DNA of 64,000 nucleotides from Gemmatimonadales bacterium (lineage in GTDB: Bacteria > Gemmatimonadota > Gemmatimonadetes > Gemmatimonadales > GWC2-71-9), in NCBI GenBank assembly GCA_965249575.1, contig OZ252244.1, forward strand, positions 800,001 through 864,000, written 5' to 3'. A model generated the notes under the pieces. The model saw only the letters and a program-made list of their open reading frames with translations, did not search any database and had not been told where the DNA came from. Made by a program: the position numbers and the translations under genes. Positions 51,592 through 61,509 of the stretch are shown in pieces (the first letter of the stretch is position 1; the number at the start of each line of letters is the position of its first letter).

Positions 51592-52965
51592 GTGACGTCT
51601 ACCCCTCGATCGCCTGATGACGGCGCGGGCTCGACTGGGTTCGTCGGGCTCGTTCAACGATCGATCGACGTTCGGCCCGAAGAGATCAGAACCCTCTTTC
51701 TTTCCGCTGCATACTTCTTCTGCATTCTCTCGAGCTATTACATCATTCGACCGATCCGTGACGAGATGGGAGTTGCGGGCGGCGTTCGGAATTTACCGTG
51801 GCTGTTTACCGGAACGCTGGCGGTGATGCTGCTGGTCAATCCGGTCTTCGCAGGCCTCGTGGTCAAGTTCTCTCGGAAGCGATTCGTGTCGATCACGTAT
51901 CGATTCTTCATCGTGAATTTGCTGATCTTCTTCCTACTGCTCACGACCGCTTCGGCAGACCGGCACGTGTGGATCGGCCGAGCCTTCTTCGTCTGGACCA
52001 GTGTCTTCAACCTCTTCGTGGTCTCGATCTTCTGGGCGTTCATGGCCGACGTCTTCCGGGTAGAGCAGAGCAAGCGTCTGTTTGGGTTCATTGGGGTGGG
52101 GGGGACGCTGGGAGCCCTAATCGGTGCCGCACTGACGGCGGTGCTGGCGGAGCGCGTGGGCCCGGTCAATCTACTCGTGCTGTCGGCGGTTCTCCTCGAG
52201 GTTGGGGTGTTCTTCGTCCGACGGCTCTCCGCTCTCTTCGCGGAGTTGCAGCGAGGTCAGGGAACCCAGCAGTCCGGCGAGACGCTGATCGGAGGGCACG
52301 TGTTCGCTGGAATTCGTGATATCGCCCGGTCCCCATATCTGTTGGGCATTTGCGGTTACATGCTGCTCTACACGGTCGCGGCCACCGTGCTGTATTTCCA
52401 GCAGGCCGAGATCGCGGAACGCTATTTCGCCGATCGCGCCGCTCGGACGGGCTTCTTCGCCAAGATCGACGTCGCGGTCAACGCGCTGACCATCCTCACT
52501 CAAATGTTTCTCACCGGCCGCATCATCAAAGCGCTCGGTGTCGCGGTTACGCTCACGTTGCTTCCCGCAGCTTGTGTGGTGGGATTCTCCACGCTGGGAT
52601 TCATGCCGACGCTTGGTGTGTTGGTGGTATTTCAGGTGCTTCGTCGCGCGGGTAACTTCGCCATCGCGCGACCGACACGAGAGACGCTCTATACCGTGGT
52701 CAGCCGGGAGGACAAGTACAAGGCGAAGAGCTTGATCGATACGGTTGTGTACCGCGGCGGGGATCAGGTCGGCGCGTGGTCCTATGCGCTGCTCGGGTGG
52801 CTTGGGCTGAGCCTATCCGGGATTGCGTTCGCGACCGCGCCAATAGCCGCCGTTTGGCTCCTCCTGGGTTACTATCTCGGCCGGGCGCAAACAGCGATGG
52901 CAGGCCAGCAATCGCACGTCGCCGCGGGTGGGCCGGCGGCACATGCCGCCGGTGTTTCGCCCTAA
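51592..52965 (+). CDS. MFS/NTP-NDP exchange (AAA-like) transporter
   Basis: YYIIRPIRDEMG, VS.FW.FMAD, KYKAK..IDT.VYRGGD. Confidence 0.85.
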   Translation: MTSTPRSPDDGAGSTGFVGLVQRSIDVRPEEIRTLFLSAAYFFCILSSYYIIRPIRDEMGVAGGVRNLPWLFTGTLAVMLLVNPVFAGLVVKFSRKRFVSITYRFFIVNLLIFFLLLTTASADRHVWIGRAFFVWTSVFNLFVVSIFWAFMADVFRVEQSKRLFGFIGVGGTLGALIGAALTAVLAERVGPVNLLVLSAVLLEVGVFFVRRLSALFAELQRGQGTQQSGETLIGGHVFAGIRDIARSPYLLGICGYMLLYTVAATVLYFQQAEIAERYFADRAARTGFFAKIDVAVNALTILTQMFLTGRIIKALGVAVTLTLLPAACVVGFSTLGFMPTLGVLVVFQVLRRAGNFAIARPTRETLYTVVSREDKYKAKSLIDTVVYRGGDQVGAWSYALLGWLGLSLSGIAFATAPIAAVWLLLGYYLGRAQTAMAGQQSHVAAGGPAAHAAGVSP

Positions 52966-52984
52966 CCGACTGGCGGCTTGGCCG

Positions 52985-54385
52985 CTACTCCCTGCCCAGT
53001 AGACTCACGCTCGCGGGAGCAGGCGCACCGTCCGGCCCGTTGTCCCAGTCCTGCGCGCTCGAGATGTTGGGCATCCCCCATTGGTGTCCGTTCCATCCGT
53101 CGAACCCGTCCATCTTGAGAGCCCAGAACCCGGTCGTCATGTCACTGGTGACGATCAACCCATCGGCGTTGCGAATGTCGACCCCGAACGATCCATTGAC
53201 CACGACCGACATCGGCGGTATCGGGTAACTGCGGTCGATCCACCGGGATTCCGGATTTCCGAACGGTGCACGCCCCATCTCGTGGGGCCCGTCGTACGTA
53301 TCGTAATACCCGACCGTATACGGATTCGTGGGATCCATCATGTTGAAGATCTGCAGCCCCTCCTCGTAGGCTGAGACGAACACGTAGGGCCACCGGACTT
53401 CGTGGTTGTGTGGGTTGGTGCGCCAGTTGGAAATCCACGCGCCGATCGGCCGGGAGATCGTCTCGACCTCGCCGTCGAGCCCCGGTCTCAGATCGAACAG
53501 CCTGAGTGGGGCGTACTGATACTCGGTTTCCGCCACGGCGAAATGGCCATCCGGAGTGGGCGTAAACGTGTGCCCCCCCGTGATTCCTGCGATGCCGGTC
53601 AACGAGGTGAGCAGCCGCGGCTGGTCGATCTGACTGACGTCATAGATGTAGTACCCGCCCGCGCCGCCTCCATAGAACTTGTCCTGACGGGTCGCGGGAT
53701 CGTAACCAAGGTAGAGATCGTGATAGCCGCGGCTCGTCGTTGGGTTCGGAATCGGGACCCGTCCGGTCAATCCGTAGTCCCCCGCACCAGCGACCAACTT
53801 CTCGAGGTCGTAGATGTTCGAGAAGGGTGCCCCCACGGTGGTGAAGAGCAATGCTCGCCCGTTGGAGTGCTTGTAGGCGAAGATGTTGTGAAATCCACCT
53901 GGCGTAGACGGAGCACGAATGCGGGCGACCTCACGAAGACTCGCCGTGTCTGGCAAGCCCGTGACATCGAAAACCACGGCGCCGAGATCGGCGTTTGGCC
54001 CGCCCTGCCTCCATTGCATCGACTGCACGTCGTAGTATCGGCCGCCGACCTTGAAGTATTTGTTGTCGAGCGCACCGATGCCCTGGTGCAGCTCTGGGTT
54101 CTCGATTCGCCACTCATAGAGCATGCGCGCGTTCGTCGGGTCTTTGAGATCGATGATGTTGAATCCCGCTGAGTGGGTCGTGCCGTGCAGGCGGGGCACG
54201 TAGGCGTACGGTCGCGACAACTCCTGCTCGATCTCGATATCCCCGATCGTGAAGATGCGGCCCAGCGGTATGTGGGACAGAATCTTCACATTGCTGCTTC
54301 CCTGCTGCCCCGGCGGGTGCTGTGCTGCCATCGTCGGAGCCCACAGAACCATCGAAAAGGCCATCACTGTCGAGAATCGACCCAT
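52985..54385 (-). CDS. Secreted LVIVD-repeat (choice-of-anchor B-like) beta-propeller protein
   Basis: Signal peptide; repeated IID/VFDV/IYDV strands, HN/HD/HT motifs, Y.EGLQIF. Confidence 0.7.
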   Translation of the reverse strand: MGRFSTVMAFSMVLWAPTMAAQHPPGQQGSSNVKILSHIPLGRIFTIGDIEIEQELSRPYAYVPRLHGTTHSAGFNIIDLKDPTNARMLYEWRIENPELHQGIGALDNKYFKVGGRYYDVQSMQWRQGGPNADLGAVVFDVTGLPDTASLREVARIRAPSTPGGFHNIFAYKHSNGRALLFTTVGAPFSNIYDLEKLVAGAGDYGLTGRVPIPNPTTSRGYHDLYLGYDPATRQDKFYGGGAGGYYIYDVSQIDQPRLLTSLTGIAGITGGHTFTPTPDGHFAVAETEYQYAPLRLFDLRPGLDGEVETISRPIGAWISNWRTNPHNHEVRWPYVFVSAYEEGLQIFNMMDPTNPYTVGYYDTYDGPHEMGRAPFGNPESRWIDRSYPIPPMSVVVNGSFGVDIRNADGLIVTSDMTTGFWALKMDGFDGWNGHQWGMPNISSAQDWDNGPDGAPAPASVSLLGRE

Positions 54386-54809
54386 GGGACGCCCCCACAC
54401 GGATTGTGAATGCGCATTTCGCTGCGACACACTAAAAAGGGCAGGCGTGCCACAGGTCCTAACGATCTTTCTCAAGTTGCCTTCCCGTGGCACCTACGGC
54501 AACCATCGGGCGCGGCCAGCAGCGCCAATGTTACCCCTCCGGCGATGCTCGCGACCGAACGCGTGACTCGAGCGTCTCGATCACTCCGGTGCCGGGTCCT
54601 CATGACGAAACCGGTGAGCGCTCGGCTCAGGAAAACACCCCCGCGTGGCAACGGTTCTTCACGAATCTCGCGTGGCCGGGGGGGTTGCCGCTCGGACAAG
54701 AGATGCAGATCATCCCTTGAGCAGGGGGTCCGGTTCGCACTCGGACACCGACGCTCCAACGACCGATACGCGGTGGAGCGGCCCCGCGCGTTGGCCCCAG
54801 CGGAGGACG

Positions 54810-55169
54810 ATGGAAGTCCAGATCTTTGGCCTCAAGAAGAGCGCGGACACTCGGAAAGCGTTGCGCTTCTTCGCCGAGCGTCGGATCAGAACGCATTTCG
54901 TGGACCTCAGAAAGCGCGCGATGGCACCCGGTGAGTTGCGGCGCTTCGCCCAGCGGTTCGGCGTCAGCGCGCTGGTCGACCGGGAAGCGCCCCGGTTCGC
55001 CAACCTGGGGCTGCGAGTTGCGCGCCTGTCGGACGATCACCTGCTGGCGAAGTTGGCGTCCGAGCCGCTCATTCTGCGAATGCCGCTCGTGCGCTCTGGG
55101 CAACGATTGGCCGTGGGGCCCGCGGAGGACCAATGGCGTCTCTGGACCGAGCAGGACAGTCCATCATGA
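54810..55169 (+). CDS. ArsC/Spx-family protein lacking N-terminal cysteines
   Basis: GGAGG SD; IFGLKKSADTRKALRFF, P.ILRMPLV. Confidence 0.8.
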   Translation: MEVQIFGLKKSADTRKALRFFAERRIRTHFVDLRKRAMAPGELRRFAQRFGVSALVDREAPRFANLGLRVARLSDDHLLAKLASEPLILRMPLVRSGQRLAVGPAEDQWRLWTEQDSPS

Positions 55170-55750
55170 TCGTTCGGCCCGTGACCCTCGAGGGACAGTT
55201 CATCCGGCTCGAACCGCTGGGGATGGAGCATCGCCCCGCACTGTGTGCGGTCGCGTTCGACGAGGACATCTGGCGATGGGCCACTGTGTCGATGCAGACC
55301 CCGGACGAGATGCGCCGTTACATCGAGACGGCGCTCCGATGGCAACGAGAGGGATCGGCCCTGCCGTTTGCCATCACACTTCAGCGCACCGGGCAGGCCG
55401 TGGGGAGCACTCGATTCGCGAACATAGACACATCGAATCGCCGTCTGGAGATCGGGTGGACCTGGCTGGCACGGCCCTGGCAGCGTACCGCCGCGAACAC
55501 GGAGGCCAAATACCTCCTCTTGAGTCACGCCTTCGAGGAGCTGGGCGCCGTTCGCGTCGAGTTCAAGACGGACACGCACAACGCACAGTCCCGCCGTGCA
55601 CTTCAGCGGATCGGCGCTCGAGAAGAGGGGACCCTCCGAAGCCACATGTTGCTGGAAACCGGCCGGATCAGGGATTCCGTGTACTACAGCATCATCGCGC
55701 CCGAATGGCCCGCGGTGAAGGTCGCACTCGAGCAGAGACTCACGGCTTGA
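55166..55750 (+). CDS. GNAT N-acetyltransferase (RimJ/RimL-like)
   Basis: EIGWTW, NTEAKYLLL.HAFE, SRRAL.RIGA..EG. Confidence 0.9.
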   Translation: MIVRPVTLEGQFIRLEPLGMEHRPALCAVAFDEDIWRWATVSMQTPDEMRRYIETALRWQREGSALPFAITLQRTGQAVGSTRFANIDTSNRRLEIGWTWLARPWQRTAANTEAKYLLLSHAFEELGAVRVEFKTDTHNAQSRRALQRIGAREEGTLRSHMLLETGRIRDSVYYSIIAPEWPAVKVALEQRLTA

Positions 55751-55766
55751 TGGACGTACCGCGCCA

Positions 55767-56574
55767 ATGAACAACGCCGCGATGCCCGGCCTTGAGCCGT
55801 GGCAACCGCACGGTGACGCCCTTCGCGCGTATCACGACGGAGAACGTGACGCCCAGATCGTCGTGCATGACGACTTCGAGCGACAGGCAATCCCGGTGCG
55901 TTACTTTTTTTTGGGCGCCGCGGGACTTCCCTCACCTGGAGACCAAGGCGTTGTCTCTGGCTCGGGGGCGAACGCTCGACGTGGGCGCTGGGACGGGATG
56001 TCACGCTCTGGCCCTCCAGAACCGCTCGCTGGAGGTGACGGCAATCGACATCTTGCCGGAGTCGGTTGGCGTCATGCGGTCTCGGGGCGTTCGAGATGCC
56101 CGACAGGTGAGCATCTACGACTTCCACGACAAGCCGTTCGAAACGCTCTTGTTCATGATGAACGGTCTCGGAATAGCCGAAACGCTCAGTGGTCTGAGCC
56201 GGCTTCTCGATCACGCGCGACGGCTCCTCAAACCCAACGGACAAATCCTCGCGGACTCGGCTGACCTCCGGCCCAGATGGCAGAGCCGCGGGGTCGATCG
56301 AGGAGCGCTGTTCTTGGACGATGGTCGGTATGTCGGCGAACTCCATGTCCAGCTCGAATTCGCGGGTAAGAAAGGGCCACCCTTTCAGCATCTGTACGTC
56401 GATCCGGATACCCTCGCCGCGTGCGCGCACCGCGCTGGTTGGGGCTCCGAGATGATACTCCAGCCCGATAGCCCATCCTTTCCTAGCGCGGCTGGTCCCT
56501 GGTTAACCGCGATACGATCAACGATTTGGCCTCGAAGTTCCGCACAAACGAGCCGGTTGCCATCGATCCGGTAG
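55767..56574 (+). CDS. Class I SAM-dependent methyltransferase (frameshift at T8, 55905-55912; C-terminus uncertain)
   Basis: P.G.AL..Y N-terminus, then LDVGAGTGCH, MNGLGI in the next frame. Confidence 0.75.
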
Positions 56575-56772
56575 GCCACCGGGTGCCCCGAGTCCCCCAC
56601 GCCGGCCGTAGTCGCGAGTGGAGTACGGGCATACGGCTTGCATATATTCCGACCAATGAAAGCGACCTCCGGCCACGCCGCGATCAGCGGCGCCGCCTCT
56701 GACCCGGCCTCACTGGCACGAGGAATTACCGGGCTCCGCTCGCGGCCCGAGCAAGCCGCTTGGAGCCTGTTC

Positions 56773-57708
56773 ATGGCAGGTGCTCTCGCTCTGCTTGCCG
56801 TCCCAGGGCACGCTCAGGAGACAGGGCCCGGCATCCTGGTGGGTTGGTCTCCCGCACAGCCTGCTGAGGGCTCGTTCGCGTTCATCGTCGTCCAACCCGA
56901 CAGCGGCCCGGCGAGTTCGGACCCAGCTACAACCGTCACGGGCGAAATGGCTGGGGAGCGCCTGCATTTCGAGCGGGACAGCGCCGGCGCCTTTCGCGCG
57001 CTCGGAGCCGCACCGCTGGGGGCACATCCCGACCTCTCGATCGCGCTGACGATCGGGCGGCGAAGCGGTGCGCAAGAGCGGGTGAAGAAACGCCTCCGGG
57101 TGAATCCGCAGGATTTCCCGGTCGAACGGCTCAGTGTCGAACCGAAGTTCGTCGATCCTCCCGATTCCGCCCTCGCCGCGCGCATCGCGCGAGAGCGCCG
57201 CCTGGCCCGCGCCGTTACCCGACGGTCACACGACACGCCGCGAGTGTGGCGTCGGGAGTTTCACCCACCGCGAGGCAGTCGCATTACCAGCCAATACGGC
57301 ATGGGCCGGGAATACAACGGTGTACTGCAAAGCCGGCATTTGGGTGTCGATTTCGCGGGTGCCGCAGGGGCGCCGGTGCTCGCGACGAACGACGGCGTGG
57401 TCGCGCTCGTGGGAGATTTCTATTACTCCGGGACGATCGTCTATCTCGACCACGGCGAGGGTCTAGTCACCGCATACTTGCATTTGAGCTCCACCGACGT
57501 GGCTCCGGGGGACACCGTCAGCCGTGGCCAGTTGGTCGGCCGCGTTGGAGCGAGTGGGCGGGTCACAGGACCGCACCTTCACTGGCATGCGAAGTACGGC
57601 CGGCTTACGCTCAATCCCCTCACCCTCCTGGAGCTAGTTCCCCCGACACGTCGGGTCGGCACGCCCGTAGACGCCGGCGGCCTGCCGGAGAACGGGTCCG
57701 CTCTCTAG
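56773..57708 (+). CDS. M23 family metallopeptidase
   Basis: HLGVD, Y.HL, TGPHLHW; signal peptide. Confidence 0.9.
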   Translation: MAGALALLAVPGHAQETGPGILVGWSPAQPAEGSFAFIVVQPDSGPASSDPATTVTGEMAGERLHFERDSAGAFRALGAAPLGAHPDLSIALTIGRRSGAQERVKKRLRVNPQDFPVERLSVEPKFVDPPDSALAARIARERRLARAVTRRSHDTPRVWRREFHPPRGSRITSQYGMGREYNGVLQSRHLGVDFAGAAGAPVLATNDGVVALVGDFYYSGTIVYLDHGEGLVTAYLHLSSTDVAPGDTVSRGQLVGRVGASGRVTGPHLHWHAKYGRLTLNPLTLLELVPPTRRVGTPVDAGGLPENGSAL

Positions 57709-57756
57709 GCGCCCACCCGTCCGCGAGAAGACCGCTTTTTCACTATCTTGCCGGTC

Positions 57757-58839
57757 GTGACCACGGCAAGTCTCACACATCTCGGTTGGACCGAGGAGTT
57801 CGCGGGCAGCTTCGGGCCGCACGCCGACGCAGGCTTCATACCGGCCCGTGTCGCCGTGGAGCACCGGAGCCTGTACGGGCTGTACTCAGCGGCCGGCGAG
57901 CTCACAGGAGAGCTCGCCGGCCGCCTCCGGCACGAAGGTATCGGCCCCGGGGACTTGCCGGGGGTCGGGGATTGGGTCGCCGCGGAACCGGACCCGGCAT
58001 CGTCCCACGCAACCATCCACGCCGTGCTCCCACGTAAGAGCTGCTTTCTCCGCAAGCGCGCCGGCGAGAACGCGGTCGAGCAGGTGCTCGCGTCCAACGT
58101 CGATTTCGTGTTTCTCATAACGTCTCTGGCGGGCGAACTGAGTCCGAGACGGTTGGAGCGTTACCTCGTCATGGCTTGGGAAAGCGGCGCGGCCCCCGTG
58201 CTATTGCTGAACAAAGCCGATCTCGCCACCGACATCGACGACCCCGCGGCAGACGTCCGCTCGATCGCTGGGGGAGTGCCCCTTCACATCGTGAGCGCGA
58301 CCACTGGTCTAGGCATCGACGAGCTTGGTCAGTACTTCCGCAACCACCGAACCGTGGCTTTGTTGGGATCCTCTGGCGTCGGGAAATCGACCCTCATTAA
58401 CCAACTCGTTGGCCGCGAGATCCAACGCGTGCAGCCCATCCGCGCGGCGGACGGCAAGGGACGCCACACGACCGTCCGGCGCGAATTGATCGTGCTGCCG
58501 GATGGTGGACTGATCATGGACACCCCAGGCATGCGTGAGATGCAGCTCTGGGAGGGCGCCCTGGGGATCCGGGAAGCCTTCCATGACATCGATCAGCTTG
58601 CTAACGGCTGCAAATTCGACGACTGCCAGCACGACACCGAACCGGAATGTGCGGTCCACCGGGCCGTCGAATCAGGAACGCTGGCTCCAGAGCGCCTCGC
58701 CAGCTACCACAAGCTCGTCAAGGAATTGCGCCAGCTGGACCGGAAGCGGGACAAAAGACTGGCGAGCGAGGGCAGACGCCGCGACAAGGCTGCCATGCGC
58801 CGCATTCGATGGCTCCGAACAAATCGCGACAAACCATGA
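57757..58839 (+). CDS. rsgA: Ribosome small subunit-dependent GTPase A
   Basis: NKAD, GSSGVGKST, GRHTT, DTPG, C.F.DC.H..EP.C. Confidence 0.95.
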   Translation: MTTASLTHLGWTEEFAGSFGPHADAGFIPARVAVEHRSLYGLYSAAGELTGELAGRLRHEGIGPGDLPGVGDWVAAEPDPASSHATIHAVLPRKSCFLRKRAGENAVEQVLASNVDFVFLITSLAGELSPRRLERYLVMAWESGAAPVLLLNKADLATDIDDPAADVRSIAGGVPLHIVSATTGLGIDELGQYFRNHRTVALLGSSGVGKSTLINQLVGREIQRVQPIRAADGKGRHTTVRRELIVLPDGGLIMDTPGMREMQLWEGALGIREAFHDIDQLANGCKFDDCQHDTEPECAVHRAVESGTLAPERLASYHKLVKELRQLDRKRDKRLASEGRRRDKAAMRRIRWLRTNRDKP

Positions 58840-58870
58840 CCGCGGCCCGGCGCAGCGACGGGGCGTGCGA

Positions 58871-59353
58871 TTAGCCTCCTACTAGCTTTTCGACTTCGTC
58901 GAGGAGCCGGCGTTCGTCAAGTGCGGCCTTGGGGTCAGTAGACCGGTGGATATACCGGACCTTGCCCACCACATCGATCAACAGGGTTCCGGACTGCTGA
59001 ATGACGAGCAAGCTCTTTCTCAACCCGTAAGCACGATACGACGTCCGGTCCTTATCCCCGAGCACGGGGAAGGGGAGTTGGTGTTTCTCGGAGAATTGCG
59101 CGGCGGCCTCGGCAGTCGACGGACCGATGACCAGCACCCCAACACCGCGATCTTGAAGGTATTTGTACATCCGCCCCAACTGGACTGTGTGCTGAGCGCA
59201 GTAGTGTCAGGTGAACGCGCGGCCGAAGTAGAGCACCACGTGCTCGTTGCCCCTGTAACTCGACAGAGTGACGGGACGGCCCAGATTCGAATCGACCGTA
59301 AAGTCGGGGGCCGCCGACCCAACCCTCAGCTCATCGTTATGTGCGTGTGTCAT
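58871..59353 (-). CDS. Peroxiredoxin-like (AhpC/TSA) protein, probable selenoprotein with UxxC (TGA at 59207-59209)
   Basis: One frame: MTHAHNDELRVGSAAPDFTV...VVLYFGRAFT[TGA]HYCAQH...LPFPVLGD...GKVRY; AAGGGG SD; 160 aa. Confidence 0.85.
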
Positions 59354-59419
59354 CGATTACCCCTTGATGGTGGTACCCCCCCGGGGGCCCCTCTACCCCA
59401 GCTGCGCGACCTCGACCCG

Positions 59420-60043
59420 TCACTCGGCGGCGGTTACAGAGTTCTTGAGTACACCGACGCCTTGCACCTCGACCTCGACAGTGTCACCCGCGCGAAGCGG
59501 ACCAACACCTTCCGGCGTACCCGTGGCGACCAGGTCGCCCGGCTCGAGCGTCATGATCTGCGAGATGTATGCGAGGAGCATTGGGATCTTGAACGCCATG
59601 TCAGCCGCTAGTCCCCGCTGGCGCTCTTCGCCATTGACCCGACAGGACACTTCCAGGCCGCTCAAGCCCTCACTCGCCAGGAGCGGCGCAATCCGAGGCC
59701 CCACGGGACAAAAGGTGTCAAATCCCTTGGCCCTCGTCCATTGACTGTCGGCGCTCTGCAGGTCCCGCGCCGTCACGTCGTTGACGCAGGTAATGCCAGC
59801 CACCGCACGAATCGCCTCGGCTTCCGAACCCCGGCGCAGCATCGAGCCCATGACGACTCCGATCTCCGCCTCGTGCTCCACTTGGCCAGAGGCGTCCGGG
59901 ATGACGATTGCGTCGCCGTCCCCGATGATCGCGGAGGGCGGTTTGAGAAAGAGCAGCGGCCGATCCGGAACCACATTGCCAAGCTCCTTCTCGTGTTTCG
60001 CGTAGTTCCGGCCGACGCACACGATCTTACCGGGACGGATCAC
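59420..60043 (-). CDS. Fumarylacetoacetate hydrolase family protein
   Basis: CVGRNY, FLKP, EHEAE, NDVTARD, AKGFDTF, TGTP.GVG. Confidence 0.92.
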   Translation of the reverse strand: MIRPGKIVCVGRNYAKHEKELGNVVPDRPLLFLKPPSAIIGDGDAIVIPDASGQVEHEAEIGVVMGSMLRRGSEAEAIRAVAGITCVNDVTARDLQSADSQWTRAKGFDTFCPVGPRIAPLLASEGLSGLEVSCRVNGEERQRGLAADMAFKIPMLLAYISQIMTLEPGDLVATGTPEGVGPLRAGDTVEVEVQGVGVLKNSVTAAE

Positions 60044-60089
60044 TGGCAAACGGCCTCGAAACGCACAATCGCCGCGCGTCCACCGAGTT

Positions 60090-60812
60090 TCATTCCACCG
60101 CCCGCCGATCGGTCTCGCCGAAATTCCTGAGCACCGGAGACAAGATACGCCAAACGTTGTCCGCCATGATTCGGTGGCCGTCGGCCGTCGGATGAATGCC
60201 GTCCGCCTGATTGAGATCGGGCACCGCGGCGACGTTCTCCAGGAGGAAGGGGATCAGCGCGGCGTGGTTCGTTCGGGCGAGTTCGGCAAAGAGCTGGCGG
60301 AATTCATGCGTGTACCGTTGTCCGAGGTTAGGGGGGGCCTGCATACCCGCAATGACGATCCCGGCCGCGGGATGGCGTAGTCTCGTCCGGTCGATGATCT
60401 CCTGGAGGTTCCGGTGAGCTGCTGCGAGGTCCTGTCCGCGAAGGGCGTCGTTGGCTCCGGATTCGAGGACGAGAACGGCGATGGGCTGTCCGAGCAACCA
60501 GTCGATGCGCCGCAGGGCACCGGCCGACGTTTCCCCACTCACGCCAGCGTTGACGACGCGGAACGTCAGTCCGACGGAGTCGATGCGCTCCTGGATGACT
60601 GCCGGGTATGCGTCATCCAACGGAAGGCCCAGGCCCGCCGTGAGGCTGGTCCCCAGGAAAAGGACGACCGGTGTCGTGTCGGCCGGGATCGGAACCGGGG
60701 CGGCCGCCTCTTCCCCCGAGGCCACACCGCCTGCCGCGACCTCGGGCTCCCGCTCGCCAGTACAGGCGAGGGTGCAACAAATCAACGCCGTCCAACGTAT
60801 CTTTTGAACCAT
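60090..60812 (-). CDS. Arylesterase/thioesterase I (TesA-like SGNH hydrolase), possible lipoprotein
   Basis: FLGTSLTAG, NAGVSGET, GAND, DGIHP. Confidence 0.9.
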   Translation of the reverse strand: MVQKIRWTALICCTLACTGEREPEVAAGGVASGEEAAAPVPIPADTTPVVLFLGTSLTAGLGLPLDDAYPAVIQERIDSVGLTFRVVNAGVSGETSAGALRRIDWLLGQPIAVLVLESGANDALRGQDLAAAHRNLQEIIDRTRLRHPAAGIVIAGMQAPPNLGQRYTHEFRQLFAELARTNHAALIPFLLENVAAVPDLNQADGIHPTADGHRIMADNVWRILSPVLRNFGETDRRAVE

Positions 60813-61509
60813 GATGATCGTTGCGGAAGATCTCGAGCAGACGTATCTGAGCGGCGGCAGGCCGCTCACGGTCCTCAAACAAGTTAACCTGGCGATCGAG
60901 CCACAGGGGTTCGTCGCCGTCGTCGGCCCGTCGGGGAGCGGCAAGACCACCCTCCTGGGCCTACTGGCCGGCCTGGACTTGCCGTCTCGCGGGCGGGTGG
61001 CACTGGATGGACAGGAACTCGGCGCTATGACCGAGAACGAACGAGCCCGACTGCGGGCCGAGAAGATTGGCTTCGTGTTCCAAACCTTCCAGCTCATTCC
61101 AACGCTCACCGCGTTGGAGAACGTGCTCGTTCCCATGGAGCTTCAGGGCAATCACGGATCCAACGGGCGCGCCGCAGAGGAGCGAGCACGCGACCTCCTC
61201 GCGCGCGTCGGCCTGGGCGATCGGGCGCATCACTACCCGACGCAGCTCTCCGGAGGTGAGCAGCAGCGCGTTGGGCTGGCGCGAGCCTTCGCCAACCGCC
61301 CCAAGATTCTCATGGCCGACGAGCCAACCGGCAGCCTGGACGCCGACACCGGACAAACGGTCATCGACCTGCTGGTCCAGCTGAACCGGGACGAAGAAAC
61401 CACGCTCGTTCTGGTTACCCACGATCCAGATCTCGCTGCTCGTGCTCACCGCATCGTCCGGCTCTCCGGCGGCAGAATCATCTCGGACGAGCGACACGCC
61501 CCGTCGTGA
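60811..61509 (+). CDS. ABC transporter ATP-binding protein (YbbA-like)
   Basis: GPSGSGKT, LSGGEQQR, ADEPTG; head-to-head with the TesA-like gene. Confidence 0.92.
   Translation: MMIVAEDLEQTYLSGGRPLTVLKQVNLAIEPQGFVAVVGPSGSGKTTLLGLLAGLDLPSRGRVALDGQELGAMTENERARLRAEKIGFVFQTFQLIPTLTALENVLVPMELQGNHGSNGRAAEERARDLLARVGLGDRAHHYPTQLSGGEQQRVGLARAFANRPKILMADEPTGSLDADTGQTVIDLLVQLNRDEETTLVLVTHDPDLAARAHRIVRLSGGRIISDERHAPS

Noticed and set aside
54440..54500. TGGCAC motifs on both strands as sigma54 promoters
   Set aside because: No TTGC -12 element at the required spacing
54580..54620. Hammerhead-like string CTCATGA-C-GAAAC
   Set aside because: Core CUGANGA is mismatched and stem II is absent
60790..60830. 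Head-to-head overlapping start codons of the TesA-like and YbbA-like genes
   Set aside because: Known conserved tesA/ybbA-ybbP arrangement, not novel
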